Positions 7,135-16,535 of a DNA stretch of 55,112 nt are shown here, piece after piece. Under the pieces are notes generated by a model. It worked only from the letters and a program-made list of their open reading frames with translations. It did not search any database and had not been told where the DNA came from. Source of the stretch: a bacterium (GTDB lineage: Bacteria; Armatimonadota; JACIXR01). Location: assembly GCA_049970775.1 (NCBI GenBank), contig JBMFMH010000002.1:1-55112 (forward strand), read 5' to 3'. Position 1 is the first letter of the stretch; every line of letters begins with the position of its first letter. Position numbers and translations under genes: made by a program.

Positions 7135-9639
7135 ATGTTAGCACCTATGAATCGCCGTCTGCTTCTCTTACTTGTTTTATACTTAATCCTCTTTGAAGGA
7201 GGCTGGGCTATGGCTAATTTAAAACAACAAATAGGAAAAACCATCAATTGGGCTGCCTTTTCCTTCGCTGGCGAGAGACCTTTTCCTCCTCCCTTGGAAT
7301 TGAATTTGATAAGACAGGATTTTGCCCTTTTAAGCTTTGGAGAATCCTGTATGAACACGCCTTTGAAAATCGGCAGAACATCGTTTGCTCGGGGATTGGG
7401 AACTCACGCCAATAGCGAAATAAGGGTGAAGTTGCCGAAAGAAGCGGGCATCTTTAAGGCTTTCGTTGGTATTGACAATAACTTTGATACACAAGGATTC
7501 AGGGGGAGCGTCGTGTTCAGCGTGGAAATAGAAGGCAAGGAATTGATTAGAACTCCGGTTTTGAAGGGAGGAGATGAACCATATCCTATTGAGATAGCTA
7601 TCCCTGAGGGAGCAAAAGAATTGATATTAAAAGTTGATAGCACTCCCGACGGACCAGGCTGGGACCAAGCCGACTGGGCAGACGCCCAAATCATCACTAA
7701 AAGTGGTAAGCTGATTTACCTTGATGAGGGGCAGAACGACCTCCTGCTTCTTGATAAATTCACTCCTCCCTTTTCCTTCATTTACAATGATATGCCATCC
7801 AGCAACCTCTTAACTCATTGGCATAAGGAGGTAAGGAAAAGAGAAGAAAATGAGAAGATAGTTTACGATGTTTCTTGGCTTGACCCTTCAACCCAATTAA
7901 TGGTTAGCGCTGAGGTGAAAATATTCAAGGATTTCCCCGCTGTTGAGTGGGTGCTTTACTTTGAAAATAAAGGAGATACACCAACTCCCCTGATAAGGGA
8001 TATTCAGGCTTTAGATGTAAACCTAGCAACTGGGAATCTTTACAAGGAAGGAATTCTTCATCAGCTTCATGGGGATTCCTGCGACGAGAACTCGTTCTTG
8101 CCGATTGATACTCCCATAAGAATGGGCGATAGTTTAAAAATCACGCCCACTGGTGGACGCCCCTCCTCAATAAGTGGTTTCCCTTTTATGAATTTCCAAT
8201 ATGGAGACAAGGGCATCATCCTTGCGATAGGTTGGACTGGTCAATGGGCTGTTTCCCTTGAACGCCCCCAAACATCAACCTGTGAGACTCTCTTAAGAGC
8301 AGGTATGGAGTTGACGAATTTAAAGCTTTTGCCAGGCGAAAGGATAAGAACACCTCGTATCCTCCTGATGCCTTGGCGAGGAGATAGATGGGAGGCTCAT
8401 AATCTATTTAGAAAATTGTTGATTTCCCATTATGTGCCAAAGCTCAAGGGGAAAGCGCCAGAGCTTCCCATTGCCCTTCAAACATTTGACCGCTATAACT
8501 TCACTCTTCCTTATTGGGCAACTGAGAAAGGGCAGCTGGAAGCTGTGGAATCAGCTCATAAGTTAGGTTGTGATACATACTGGTTTGACGCCGGTTGGTT
8601 TGTAGGTGATTTCCCCAATGGTGTGGGGAATTGGTATCCGAAGCCTGATGCTTTCCCTCGTGGATTGAAGCCGATAAGCGACCTCTGCCATAAATACGGA
8701 ATGAAGTTCGTCCTTTGGGTTGAACCGGAGAGGGTGGCGAAAGGAACGCAAATAGCGAAGGAGCATCCCGAATGGGTATTTGGTGGAGAGAATGGAGGCT
8801 TATTCAAGTTGAATGAACCGGAAGCGAGGAGATGGCTCACCGAGCTTCTCTCCAAGATAATAGAGGATTATGGTTTGGACATTTATCGCAATGACTTCAA
8901 TATAGACCCTTTGCCATATTGGCGGGCAAACGATGAACCCGACCGGCAAGGAATAACGGAGATAAGATATGTTGAGGGTTTATATGAAATGTGGGATGAG
9001 CTATTGAGGAGACATCCAGGATTGATGATAGATAACTGCGCAAGCGGTGGTAGGAGAATAGATTTGGAAACACTTATGCGTTCTGTTCCTCTTTGGCGAA
9101 GTGATACCGGTTGTTCACCAGGGCATCCGGAATGGAATCAAAATCAAAGTATGGGCTTGGCACAGTTCATTCCACTCTTCACTGTTGGGATATGGTCGCC
9201 TGAACCATATGAGTTCAGGAGCGGTCAAACGGCGGGAGCTATCTGTGAGTTCCCTTATTTGGAAAAGGATTTTCAATGGGAATTAGCGAGGAAAATGATA
9301 GAGGAGGCACGGGAAAATAGGAAATATTGGCTCGGTGATTTTTACCCTTTAACCCCCGCAAGCAAATCACTGGAGCAGATAGTTGTATATCAATTTCATA
9401 GGCAGGACCTTAAGGAAGGAATCATCTATGCTTTTCGTCGTCCGGAGTGCGAATATATGGGAATAATAATCGCACCATATGCGTTGTCTTCATCTGCGAC
9501 TTACGAATTTGAATTCATTGACGATTCCCTGAGGAGAAAAAGGCAAACGATTAAAGGTGAGGACCTTCTGAAAAAGGGCTTGGAGATTCGCCTTCCGATG
9601 AAGAGGAGCAGTTTAATAATCCGCTATAAAGAAAAATAA
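7135..9639 (+). CDS. Alpha-galactosidase (GH36) with an N-terminal NPCBM carbohydrate-binding module
   Basis: It has a signal peptide. The NPCBM-like block is GLGTHANSEI...DGPGWDQADWADAQI. The GH36 blocks are YRNDFN (nucleophile region) and DNCASGGRRIDLE. Confidence 0.9.
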   Translation: MLAPMNRRLLLLLVLYLILFEGGWAMANLKQQIGKTINWAAFSFAGERPFPPPLELNLIRQDFALLSFGESCMNTPLKIGRTSFARGLGTHANSEIRVKLPKEAGIFKAFVGIDNNFDTQGFRGSVVFSVEIEGKELIRTPVLKGGDEPYPIEIAIPEGAKELILKVDSTPDGPGWDQADWADAQIITKSGKLIYLDEGQNDLLLLDKFTPPFSFIYNDMPSSNLLTHWHKEVRKREENEKIVYDVSWLDPSTQLMVSAEVKIFKDFPAVEWVLYFENKGDTPTPLIRDIQALDVNLATGNLYKEGILHQLHGDSCDENSFLPIDTPIRMGDSLKITPTGGRPSSISGFPFMNFQYGDKGIILAIGWTGQWAVSLERPQTSTCETLLRAGMELTNLKLLPGERIRTPRILLMPWRGDRWEAHNLFRKLLISHYVPKLKGKAPELPIALQTFDRYNFTLPYWATEKGQLEAVESAHKLGCDTYWFDAGWFVGDFPNGVGNWYPKPDAFPRGLKPISDLCHKYGMKFVLWVEPERVAKGTQIAKEHPEWVFGGENGGLFKLNEPEARRWLTELLSKIIEDYGLDIYRNDFNIDPLPYWRANDEPDRQGITEIRYVEGLYEMWDELLRRHPGLMIDNCASGGRRIDLETLMRSVPLWRSDTGCSPGHPEWNQNQSMGLAQFIPLFTVGIWSPEPYEFRSGQTAGAICEFPYLEKDFQWELARKMIEEARENRKYWLGDFYPLTPASKSLEQIVVYQFHRQDLKEGIIYAFRRPECEYMGIIIAPYALSSSATYEFEFIDDSLRRKRQTIKGEDLLKKGLEIRLPMKRSSLIIRYKEK

Positions 9640-9643
9640 CCTT

Positions 9644-10702
9644 TCATCGCCTACCATATTTGCGGACGAGCTCAAAATAATAAAGAGCGTTATCTATGGG
9701 GACATTGGGAGGGATATGATTCCCCACCGCCATTATGAAGCCCGGACACGGTTTCCCCTTCTCAAGACATCTCTTAACCTCTTTTTCTATATCCTCCTTA
9801 GTGCCAAATGTTAATACTCTACAATCAGCGTTGCCTACAATTATATGGGTCCGCCCGTATTTTTCCACGATGTAATCTAAATCAGTTAAGGGTTCAAAAA
9901 TGAACCCATCAGCGCCCGCATCAGCTAAATCATCCACAAATTCTGTGAAATCCCCATCGGAGCAAAAGAGAACTTTAATCCCTCTTTCCTTTAGGGGCTG
10001 CCATAGCTTTTTATAGCGTGGGAAAATGTATTTTCTATACCAAGCAGGATGTATGAAAGCCCCTTCCGTCCAAACCATATCATCGTGGCAGATGAAAACC
10101 TTTATTTCAGTTTTAGCCCAAGCTTTTATATTTGCCATTGTGATCTCATAAAATCCCTCTAAAACATATTCGCCGAAACGCACGGGGTCGTAGCCAACCG
10201 CTAAGAGGAACATTTCCCAGCCAAAGGATTGTATACAGCCAGATACAAGGGTTTTGTAATAACCACCAGGAAGAACAAGACTTGGATATGCTTTTTGTCC
10301 TTCCTCCCAAACTTTTTGGAAGAAGCTCGCCCTTTCCTCAACATCGGGCAAACCATATTCCTCAACCGCATTGAAAGAAAGCACATCCTCCGGCGTCTTA
10401 AAAGGGCAATGTATAGTGTCACGATAATCAATTCCACCCTCAGCGTAAACGGCGTGTCCCATATCCGTTACCCTCCCCAACGCTCCCCAGTCAACCGGTC
10501 CATCGTGCGTGAACCAAAGAATATCATACTCCGCCCATTCATAGAAAGTTCTCCATGCCCTATAGCTTTCCTCAGGGTTTGCGCTTAGCGGGTCATATCC
10601 TGTGATATAACGAACCAAAGCTGTATGGTCGCAGTATTCAGTTCGTCCTACTCTCTCAGTCCATTCCAAATTGAGGATTTTCATCCCGATTTCTTGCGAC
10701 AT
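9644..10702 (-). CDS. Uroporphyrinogen decarboxylase (URO-D)-like family protein
   Basis: The C-terminal half (FCSDGD...DAGADGFIFEP...VGNHIPPNVP) has URO-D/MtaA-like TIM-barrel character. Such genes are commonly found in glycan-utilisation loci. Confidence 0.8.
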   Translation of the reverse strand: MSQEIGMKILNLEWTERVGRTEYCDHTALVRYITGYDPLSANPEESYRAWRTFYEWAEYDILWFTHDGPVDWGALGRVTDMGHAVYAEGGIDYRDTIHCPFKTPEDVLSFNAVEEYGLPDVEERASFFQKVWEEGQKAYPSLVLPGGYYKTLVSGCIQSFGWEMFLLAVGYDPVRFGEYVLEGFYEITMANIKAWAKTEIKVFICHDDMVWTEGAFIHPAWYRKYIFPRYKKLWQPLKERGIKVLFCSDGDFTEFVDDLADAGADGFIFEPLTDLDYIVEKYGRTHIIVGNADCRVLTFGTKEDIEKEVKRCLEKGKPCPGFIMAVGNHIPPNVPIDNALYYFELVRKYGRR

Positions 10703-10750
10703 AAAAGTTTCTTTACCTCCTTTGAAAAAATCTTTTAAATTTTAATTCAA

Positions 10751-12370
10751 ATGAAAAAGGCGTTCATCATTTTTCTTGTTCTCCTGTCCTTTCCCTTGCT
10801 TTCCAAAGAACTGGAGTTAAGGGGTATCTGGATGCAAGCGACCCAAATTAAGGATGAGAGGTCAGCGGAGCAAATAGCTGAGAGAATCGCATCAGCAAAG
10901 CTCAATGCTGTATTTGTTTTGGTGTTTTATTGGGGTGGTAAGAGCTACTTTAAAACAGACCTTTCTCCTTTGGTTTACAATTCCCAAAATGCAGACCTAT
11001 TCGCCTATTTCATTGAGCAATGTCATAGAAGGGGGATAAAGGTTTATGCGAGGTTCTCAATCGGCAAAGAAGGAGGTCAAGGGGACGATGGCATCCTAAT
11101 TAAAAATCCTGATTGGCAAATGGAGAATCAAGCGGGAGAAAGAATCAGATGGTTCGACCTTGGGAAAAAGGATGTGAGGGAATTTCAACTTAAACTTATC
11201 TCGGATTTATTGGAGAGATATCCCATTGATGGAATTCAACTTGATTACATTCGCTATCCTTCAAGGGACTACTGCTACTGTCGGGAATGCAGAGAGAATT
11301 TCAAGCGTCTTTACGGATTTGACCCGCTCTATACTTCTTGTAAGCTTCCCCGCAAATTCAAAATATCCACAACCCCTCTGCTTCATCCTACATCCTCAAC
11401 GGCATTGGCTACCTTTGATAATGGCATACCGGCGATTACCCTGAGGCAGTTTAACTCTGGAACTCTCCTTTACTTTAATTTCACAATAAATTATTCGTCC
11501 GCTCCTCTTTTTCTTTATTCACTTGGGCAAGCTCTGACGACGAAAAAAGAAATCTTAATCATCGCCCCTGGCAAAGAGCTCGGTTATGAGGAAGAAAGCT
11601 ATGGTTTTGTGATTAGCTTATTGAGGAAAGTGGGTTTACAATGGAGGATGATAAGGGATATCGCTCAGATTGACCCGAAAGAATCGCTAATCATCTTGCC
11701 CGGCTTGATTAGGGTAAGCGATGATTTAGGGGATAAGTTGAAGCAATTTCTCTTCTTGGGTGGTAGCTTGTTCGTCAGTGCGGGGCGAAAAGGAATAGAG
11801 GAAAGCAAGGTAAGTGAGACATTGATAGGGGTTAAGGACAAGGGGAGATATATGGTGGGAAACTATCTCATAATCCCAAAAACTGAAAATCCTTTGCTCC
11901 TGTTTTCCGAAGATGTGGAGAGCAAATGGGTTGAATATAGGAAGGAGATAATCACTTCTTTGGTTAAGGAGTTTTATGAAACCACGAAGAGAAAAAATCC
12001 CTCCCTTCTTCTCAGCGCTGCGGTATTTTATGATAAGGCAAGGGCGGAAAAAGTCCTTCAGGATTGGTATAAATGGCTTGAATTGGGGATAGTTGATTTC
12101 GTTGCTCCTATGGCTTATGTTGATGATAATCGTTTGATTTCCGCCTTGAGGGAATGGAAAAGTTATGACTCCAATCTTGAAAAAATAATCCCTGGTTTAA
12201 GAATTTATGAAATAAAGAACGGAAAGGAAGTCGCGCGGGATTTAAAGCAGGTGATGAGACAAATAGAAATTATTAAGAAAGAAGGGGCGAAAGGTTTCAT
12301 CTTGTTTTCTCTCCCCTTCCTGACTGATGATTTATGCCAATATCTTGCTACCCTAGGTCTTGTTGCATAA
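10751..12370 (+). CDS. Glycosyl hydrolase-like 10 (GHL10, YngK-type) family protein with an inserted domain
   Basis: It has a signal peptide. LRGIWMQA...LNAVFVLV...IDGIQLDYIRYP is typical of GHL10. The last 4 sense codons and the stop lie inside a MITE terminal repeat. Confidence 0.85.
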   Translation: MKKAFIIFLVLLSFPLLSKELELRGIWMQATQIKDERSAEQIAERIASAKLNAVFVLVFYWGGKSYFKTDLSPLVYNSQNADLFAYFIEQCHRRGIKVYARFSIGKEGGQGDDGILIKNPDWQMENQAGERIRWFDLGKKDVREFQLKLISDLLERYPIDGIQLDYIRYPSRDYCYCRECRENFKRLYGFDPLYTSCKLPRKFKISTTPLLHPTSSTALATFDNGIPAITLRQFNSGTLLYFNFTINYSSAPLFLYSLGQALTTKKEILIIAPGKELGYEEESYGFVISLLRKVGLQWRMIRDIAQIDPKESLIILPGLIRVSDDLGDKLKQFLFLGGSLFVSAGRKGIEESKVSETLIGVKDKGRYMVGNYLIIPKTENPLLLFSEDVESKWVEYRKEIITSLVKEFYETTKRKNPSLLLSAAVFYDKARAEKVLQDWYKWLELGIVDFVAPMAYVDDNRLISALREWKSYDSNLEKIIPGLRIYEIKNGKEVARDLKQVMRQIEIIKKEGAKGFILFSLPFLTDDLCQYLATLGLVA

Positions 12371-12597
12371 ATCCTATAAAAATACATTTGTTTAAAATCC
12401 TGTAAAGCTCTAACTACTTTTACTTCAAATAAAACGAAGAAAATTGCTAAAATATGGATAAATTCATTTCATTTTCCCATTTAATTTCCCTAATCATCAC
12501 ATTTCTTCAAATTTTTTCCTTTATCGCTCCAATTGTTGGTTGTAAACAGGGGGAATAGAAGCTATTTTCATCTCTTTCTGAATTATGCAACAAAACC
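12356..12597 (+). mobile_element. MITE-like element, copy 1 (242 bp)
   Basis: The terminal inverted repeats are GGTCTTGTTGCATAA (12356-12370) and TTATGCAACAAAACC (12583-12597). An imperfect 8-bp flanking duplication is present: CTACCCTA versus CCACTCTA, 6/8. The internal sequence is shared with copies 2 and 3. Confidence 0.78.
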
Positions 12598-12602
12598 CCA
12601 CT

Positions 12603-15365
12603 CTATAGAAATACTCCCTGTTCAGAAGGTCTTAGCTCCTCACTGCATTCCTTTATTCTGCCGTTTTCCATAAATATGTAGTAATGGAAAAGATTGGGAT
12701 TGAGGAGTGGCGTGTGGCTTATAACGAATATTTGGTCAAATCTTTCCGCTATTTCACCTTCCGTAATCACCCTAATTAACGCCTCTTTTCTCTGCTCATC
12801 AAAAGAGGAGAGAGGTTCGTCAAGGAAGAGGAAGGAAGGGGCTGTTCCTCTCTCCTGAGGAAGAGAGGCGAGGGCAAAGGAGAGGCGAAGGGCAAGGGAC
12901 ATTTGGTCTCTTGTTCCTCCACTGAAGATATTCTTATCCTTCCAATCTCCCGCTCTCTCATCAAATACCCTGATTTTGAAGGTCTCAGCGTCAAGGTCAA
13001 CCTGCCGATATCTGTCATTGGTTATAAGAGGGAGGATACGCCACATATGGTCAATGGTGCGAGGGAGAATCTTCTGGGTTATATTTCTCCTCGCTGTCTC
13101 CAAAATCCTCACGCTCAGCTCCCTCACCTTATGTTCCCTCTTCAATTTCTCGTATTCCTCTCTACATTGTTCAAGAGGCGGTATATCACCTATTATCTGT
13201 TCCTTAAGTAGCTTTTTCTCCCTTTCTAATTGGATAAGTTCAGCCCTTTTCTCATTAAGGGTTCTGCTTATTTCCTCAAGTGGTGGGAGGTCGGAGGGGA
13301 ACTCTCCTCCCAACTCTTTGAGCTTTTCATCTGCTTTCTCCTCCAATTTGCTTGCTTCCTCCCTCAAAGAATCTATCTTCTGCCTTTGGGCACCTAAACG
13401 GGATATCGCCGATTGCAGTCTTTCCTCAGGTCGTTCCCTCTCCAATTCGTCCATTCTCTTTTTCAATTTTATTCTCAACCTTTCCCATTCCTCAAAGGAA
13501 AAGATGTCCGAAACCTCGCCCTCAAAAACCTTTGCATCCTCTTTTATTTTTTCTCTTACCTCCTCTATTTCCCTACCCATCTCTTCCTTCTTCCTGTTTA
13601 ATTCGCTTTCCTTTGAAATCAAATTCTCTAAGCTTCTGATTTCGCTATCAAGCTTTCCCAAATCTTTCGTTAAATCCTCCATTTCTAAAGATAGCCCATA
13701 CCTTACCGCTATTTCCTTTATTTTCTCGCTCCTTTCGCTTATTATTTTCTCCGTCTTTTCCTGTCTCTGGACCACCTGCTCCCGAGTGGAAGTCTGGAAG
13801 TAAGGAGGAAAATTAACGAGTTCTCTTTCAATGCTACCCACTTCTATCTCCAATCTCCTGATTTCCGTTGACAGTTTTTCTTTTTCATTTTCCAACTTAT
13901 TTTTCTCCTCTTCTTGCTTCACAAGCTCCCTTTCAATCCACTCTTCCTCTTCAGGAATCAACCCATAGCTTTCAAGTTGTCCCTTGATTTTCTCCCTCTC
14001 GTCAATATCAACCTTTCCAATTAATGGTTCTATTTTAGCGATTTTTATCAGGAGGTTTCCCCGTTTAATAAAGGCAACGATTCCACAGGCGAGGGGAAGG
14101 AGAGCAATTAAAGAGAGCCATTTCAATGGTGAGAGAATGAGCAGAAATAGAAGCACAGCGCTGCTTATCCCAGCAATACCACAGGTTTTATAAAAAGAAG
14201 CTCTCCCTTCCAGTTCCTTCTTTTTCTCTATATACGCCCTTTTCCCTTCTATATCCTTGAGCTTCTGCAGCAATTCCTTTATATTCTCTTTTTCCTTTAT
14301 CTTCTCCTCTTTGGCTTTTAAATTTAACTCCAATATACTTTTCTTGCTTTCTACCTCCTCCAACTGGCTTTGCAATTGCATCCACTTCTTAATCTCATCC
14401 CTTAGCTGAAAGAGCTCCTTTAACTTCTTTAAAATATTGAGCAAGGTGCTTGCCTTTCTCCTTTTTTCTTTGATGGAGGGAAGACTTTCCTTAGCCCCTG
14501 CTACTACCTCAATCTCCTTGCCTATGCTTTCTAATGTTGCCTCTTTCTCTTTAAGCAGACGAAGCGAGGAAATCAAGTTATCAACCTTGTGCTCCTTGTT
14601 TCTCAATTTCTTTAGTTCATCCGCTTTTTTCTGCCAATTGTTCCTTTCCTCCTCAAGGACAGGTATTTTCTTCTCTTCCTCATCTGCTTTCTTCCTATTA
14701 TCTTCCGCTTGGACTCGTAATTGTTTCACTTCCCAAAATCCTAAAAGTCTTTCATTACGGGAAATCTCTTCTTGGATTTCAGGGATTTTCTCCCCTATTT
14801 CCGCCAGCCGAACCTTCCGCTCCAAATCCTCTACTTGCCTCAAATCCTCCCTTTTCAAACTAAGCTCCTCCTCAATCGCTTGCATTCTATCCAAATTCAA
14901 CAGCTTCATAACAGCGCTCTCCCTAGCAGACCTATCCATTCCTTCCAGCCTTTCCAAAGCCTTTTGTTCAACAAAACAAGAATTAAGAAGGGTATCAGCA
15001 TCCAAATGGAGTTCCTCTTGTATTCTCCTATTGACTTCCCTAACGGTTGTCAACAATTCATTCCCGATACGAAGCTTCGCTACATTCGTTCTATTTCTCC
15101 TTATCCTCCGCTCCACTCTAAGCAAATCGTCGGCTAGCTCCAGTTCAAGATAAACAACCGCTTCATTCAGCCCATAACCTATTAACTCCTCCGTGCTTCT
15201 CGCTTGTAATGCCCTTCCGAAGAGTGCGAAGAAAACAGCTTCAAAAAGGGAGCTCTTACCCGCCTCATTGCTTCCTTGGATGAGAAATGTTCCCTTAGAA
15301 GGAAACCTAAGGTCTATCCCACGCAAGTGCTTAAATCCCTCAACAGCCAATCTCTTAATCCTCAT
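12603..15365 (-). CDS. rad50: Rad50/SbcC-like SMC-type ATPase; lacks a zinc hook and has a central hydrophobic hairpin
   Basis: Motifs seen: Walker A GSNEAGKSS, signature SGGTRDQMSLALRL, Walker B FLFLDEP and H-loop VISHTP. Long K/E-rich coiled-coil arms are present. It lies 3 nt downstream of mre11. Confidence 0.9.
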   Translation of the reverse strand: MRIKRLAVEGFKHLRGIDLRFPSKGTFLIQGSNEAGKSSLFEAVFFALFGRALQARSTEELIGYGLNEAVVYLELELADDLLRVERRIRRNRTNVAKLRIGNELLTTVREVNRRIQEELHLDADTLLNSCFVEQKALERLEGMDRSARESAVMKLLNLDRMQAIEEELSLKREDLRQVEDLERKVRLAEIGEKIPEIQEEISRNERLLGFWEVKQLRVQAEDNRKKADEEEKKIPVLEEERNNWQKKADELKKLRNKEHKVDNLISSLRLLKEKEATLESIGKEIEVVAGAKESLPSIKEKRRKASTLLNILKKLKELFQLRDEIKKWMQLQSQLEEVESKKSILELNLKAKEEKIKEKENIKELLQKLKDIEGKRAYIEKKKELEGRASFYKTCGIAGISSAVLLFLLILSPLKWLSLIALLPLACGIVAFIKRGNLLIKIAKIEPLIGKVDIDEREKIKGQLESYGLIPEEEEWIERELVKQEEEKNKLENEKEKLSTEIRRLEIEVGSIERELVNFPPYFQTSTREQVVQRQEKTEKIISERSEKIKEIAVRYGLSLEMEDLTKDLGKLDSEIRSLENLISKESELNRKKEEMGREIEEVREKIKEDAKVFEGEVSDIFSFEEWERLRIKLKKRMDELERERPEERLQSAISRLGAQRQKIDSLREEASKLEEKADEKLKELGGEFPSDLPPLEEISRTLNEKRAELIQLEREKKLLKEQIIGDIPPLEQCREEYEKLKREHKVRELSVRILETARRNITQKILPRTIDHMWRILPLITNDRYRQVDLDAETFKIRVFDERAGDWKDKNIFSGGTRDQMSLALRLSFALASLPQERGTAPSFLFLDEPLSSFDEQRKEALIRVITEGEIAERFDQIFVISHTPLLNPNLFHYYIFMENGRIKECSEELRPSEQGVFL

Positions 15366-15368
15366 TTC

Positions 15369-16535
15369 CTACCTAACCTCCCTCCACTTGGAGAGCGCCA
15401 AATCAAGAGCAGATTTAATAAGTTCCCTGTCCTCTTCAAGGCTCTCAGCGACGCTTTTGAGTTCCTCTTCAACACTCGTTGGACCATTATCTCTTCCCAC
15501 ATAACCAGCTCTCTTGAGCCTCAAACCTTGCCAATCAAAATCAAAGAAGAAGTTCATAGTGCTTCCTTCCCTGTAAATATGAACAAAGGGAATTTCCCTG
15601 AGGATATCGTTCTCTATTTCCCCCATCAACTTGCACTTCAACAGCTTTTCCGGATGGGAAACGCTCTTAATGCGAGATATTATATAATTTAGACGCTCAT
15701 CCTTTGGTCTATGTTTGAACTCTTCGCAGTGAATTTCTAGGTTTTGCATAGGTTGAGCGGATATTTTTTTATAGCTAATCCTCGGCTTCTCCGCTATCTC
15801 AAGGAGATAAAAACCAGTTTCGTTTTTCTCCTCACCGAAATCAATCCTCTCTGTGGCGCCTGGTATGATGACGAGTTTGTTTCCTAAATCAAAGTGGAAA
15901 TGAGGATGTAGGTGTCCAGCAATTAGGAGGTCAAAGGGAATGGCACGAAGGGTATGAAGGGAAACAACTGCGCCTTCATAATTCGGTGGCATCCTTCCTT
16001 CTATCGCATAGTGGAACATAAAGATACTGAAATCACTGTTTATAGAAGGGAACTGTAACTTCTCCAGGGGATTGCCATCCCTCACCCTTGGGTCGCAGGA
16101 AACCCCAGCTATGGTGATTCTCTTCCCCTTAACATCAATTACTTCCGTTTCAACTGAATATTGTTGCTTGAAAACTTTCACTGCACCGATAACATCCAAG
16201 AGATAGATACAAGGTGCGCCTCCTGCCTCATATCTTGCCTTAGGTATATCGTGGGTCCCGCCGATGAGAAACGACTTTATTCCTGCGGATTTCAATCTCA
16301 TAAACTCGTTAAGGACAAATATCAGTTCTGAATAGCGCGGGTCAGGCATATCAAATATATCGCCTGCGTGGAGGAAGATATCAGCTTTCTCCTCAATTGC
16401 AAAGTCAACGATTTGCTTAAAAGCGTTTCTAAGATATTCCCGCCTCTTCTCAAGCTGTTCCGGTCTCATCTTCGCGTAGTAGGCGTTAAGGTGCGTGTCG
16501 GCACAGATGACGATTTTCACCGCTTCAGACACCAA
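15369..16535 (-). CDS. mre11: Mre11/SbcD-type metallophosphoesterase nuclease
   Basis: Motifs seen: KIVICADTHL (motif I), FLHAGDIFD (motif II), GGTHD, and GHLH followed by HFH. The true start is probably the GTG at 16520 (MKIVICADTH). It is tightly coupled to the herA stop. Confidence 0.9.
   Translation of the reverse strand: MVSEAVKIVICADTHLNAYYAKMRPEQLEKRREYLRNAFKQIVDFAIEEKADIFLHAGDIFDMPDPRYSELIFVLNEFMRLKSAGIKSFLIGGTHDIPKARYEAGGAPCIYLLDVIGAVKVFKQQYSVETEVIDVKGKRITIAGVSCDPRVRDGNPLEKLQFPSINSDFSIFMFHYAIEGRMPPNYEGAVVSLHTLRAIPFDLLIAGHLHPHFHFDLGNKLVIIPGATERIDFGEEKNETGFYLLEIAEKPRISYKKISAQPMQNLEIHCEEFKHRPKDERLNYIISRIKSVSHPEKLLKCKLMGEIENDILREIPFVHIYREGSTMNFFFDFDWQGLRLKRAGYVGRDNGPTSVEEELKSVAESLEEDRELIKSALDLALSKWREVR

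Noticed and set aside
12903-15692. Series of long plus-strand Ser/Leu/Phe-rich ORFs (for example 12976..13803, 14437..15153, 15276..15692)
   Set aside because: They are antisense to the rad50 and mre11 genes. The K/E-rich coiled-coil codons (AAG/GAA) read as CTT/TTC on the other strand, giving long stop-free low-complexity frames.
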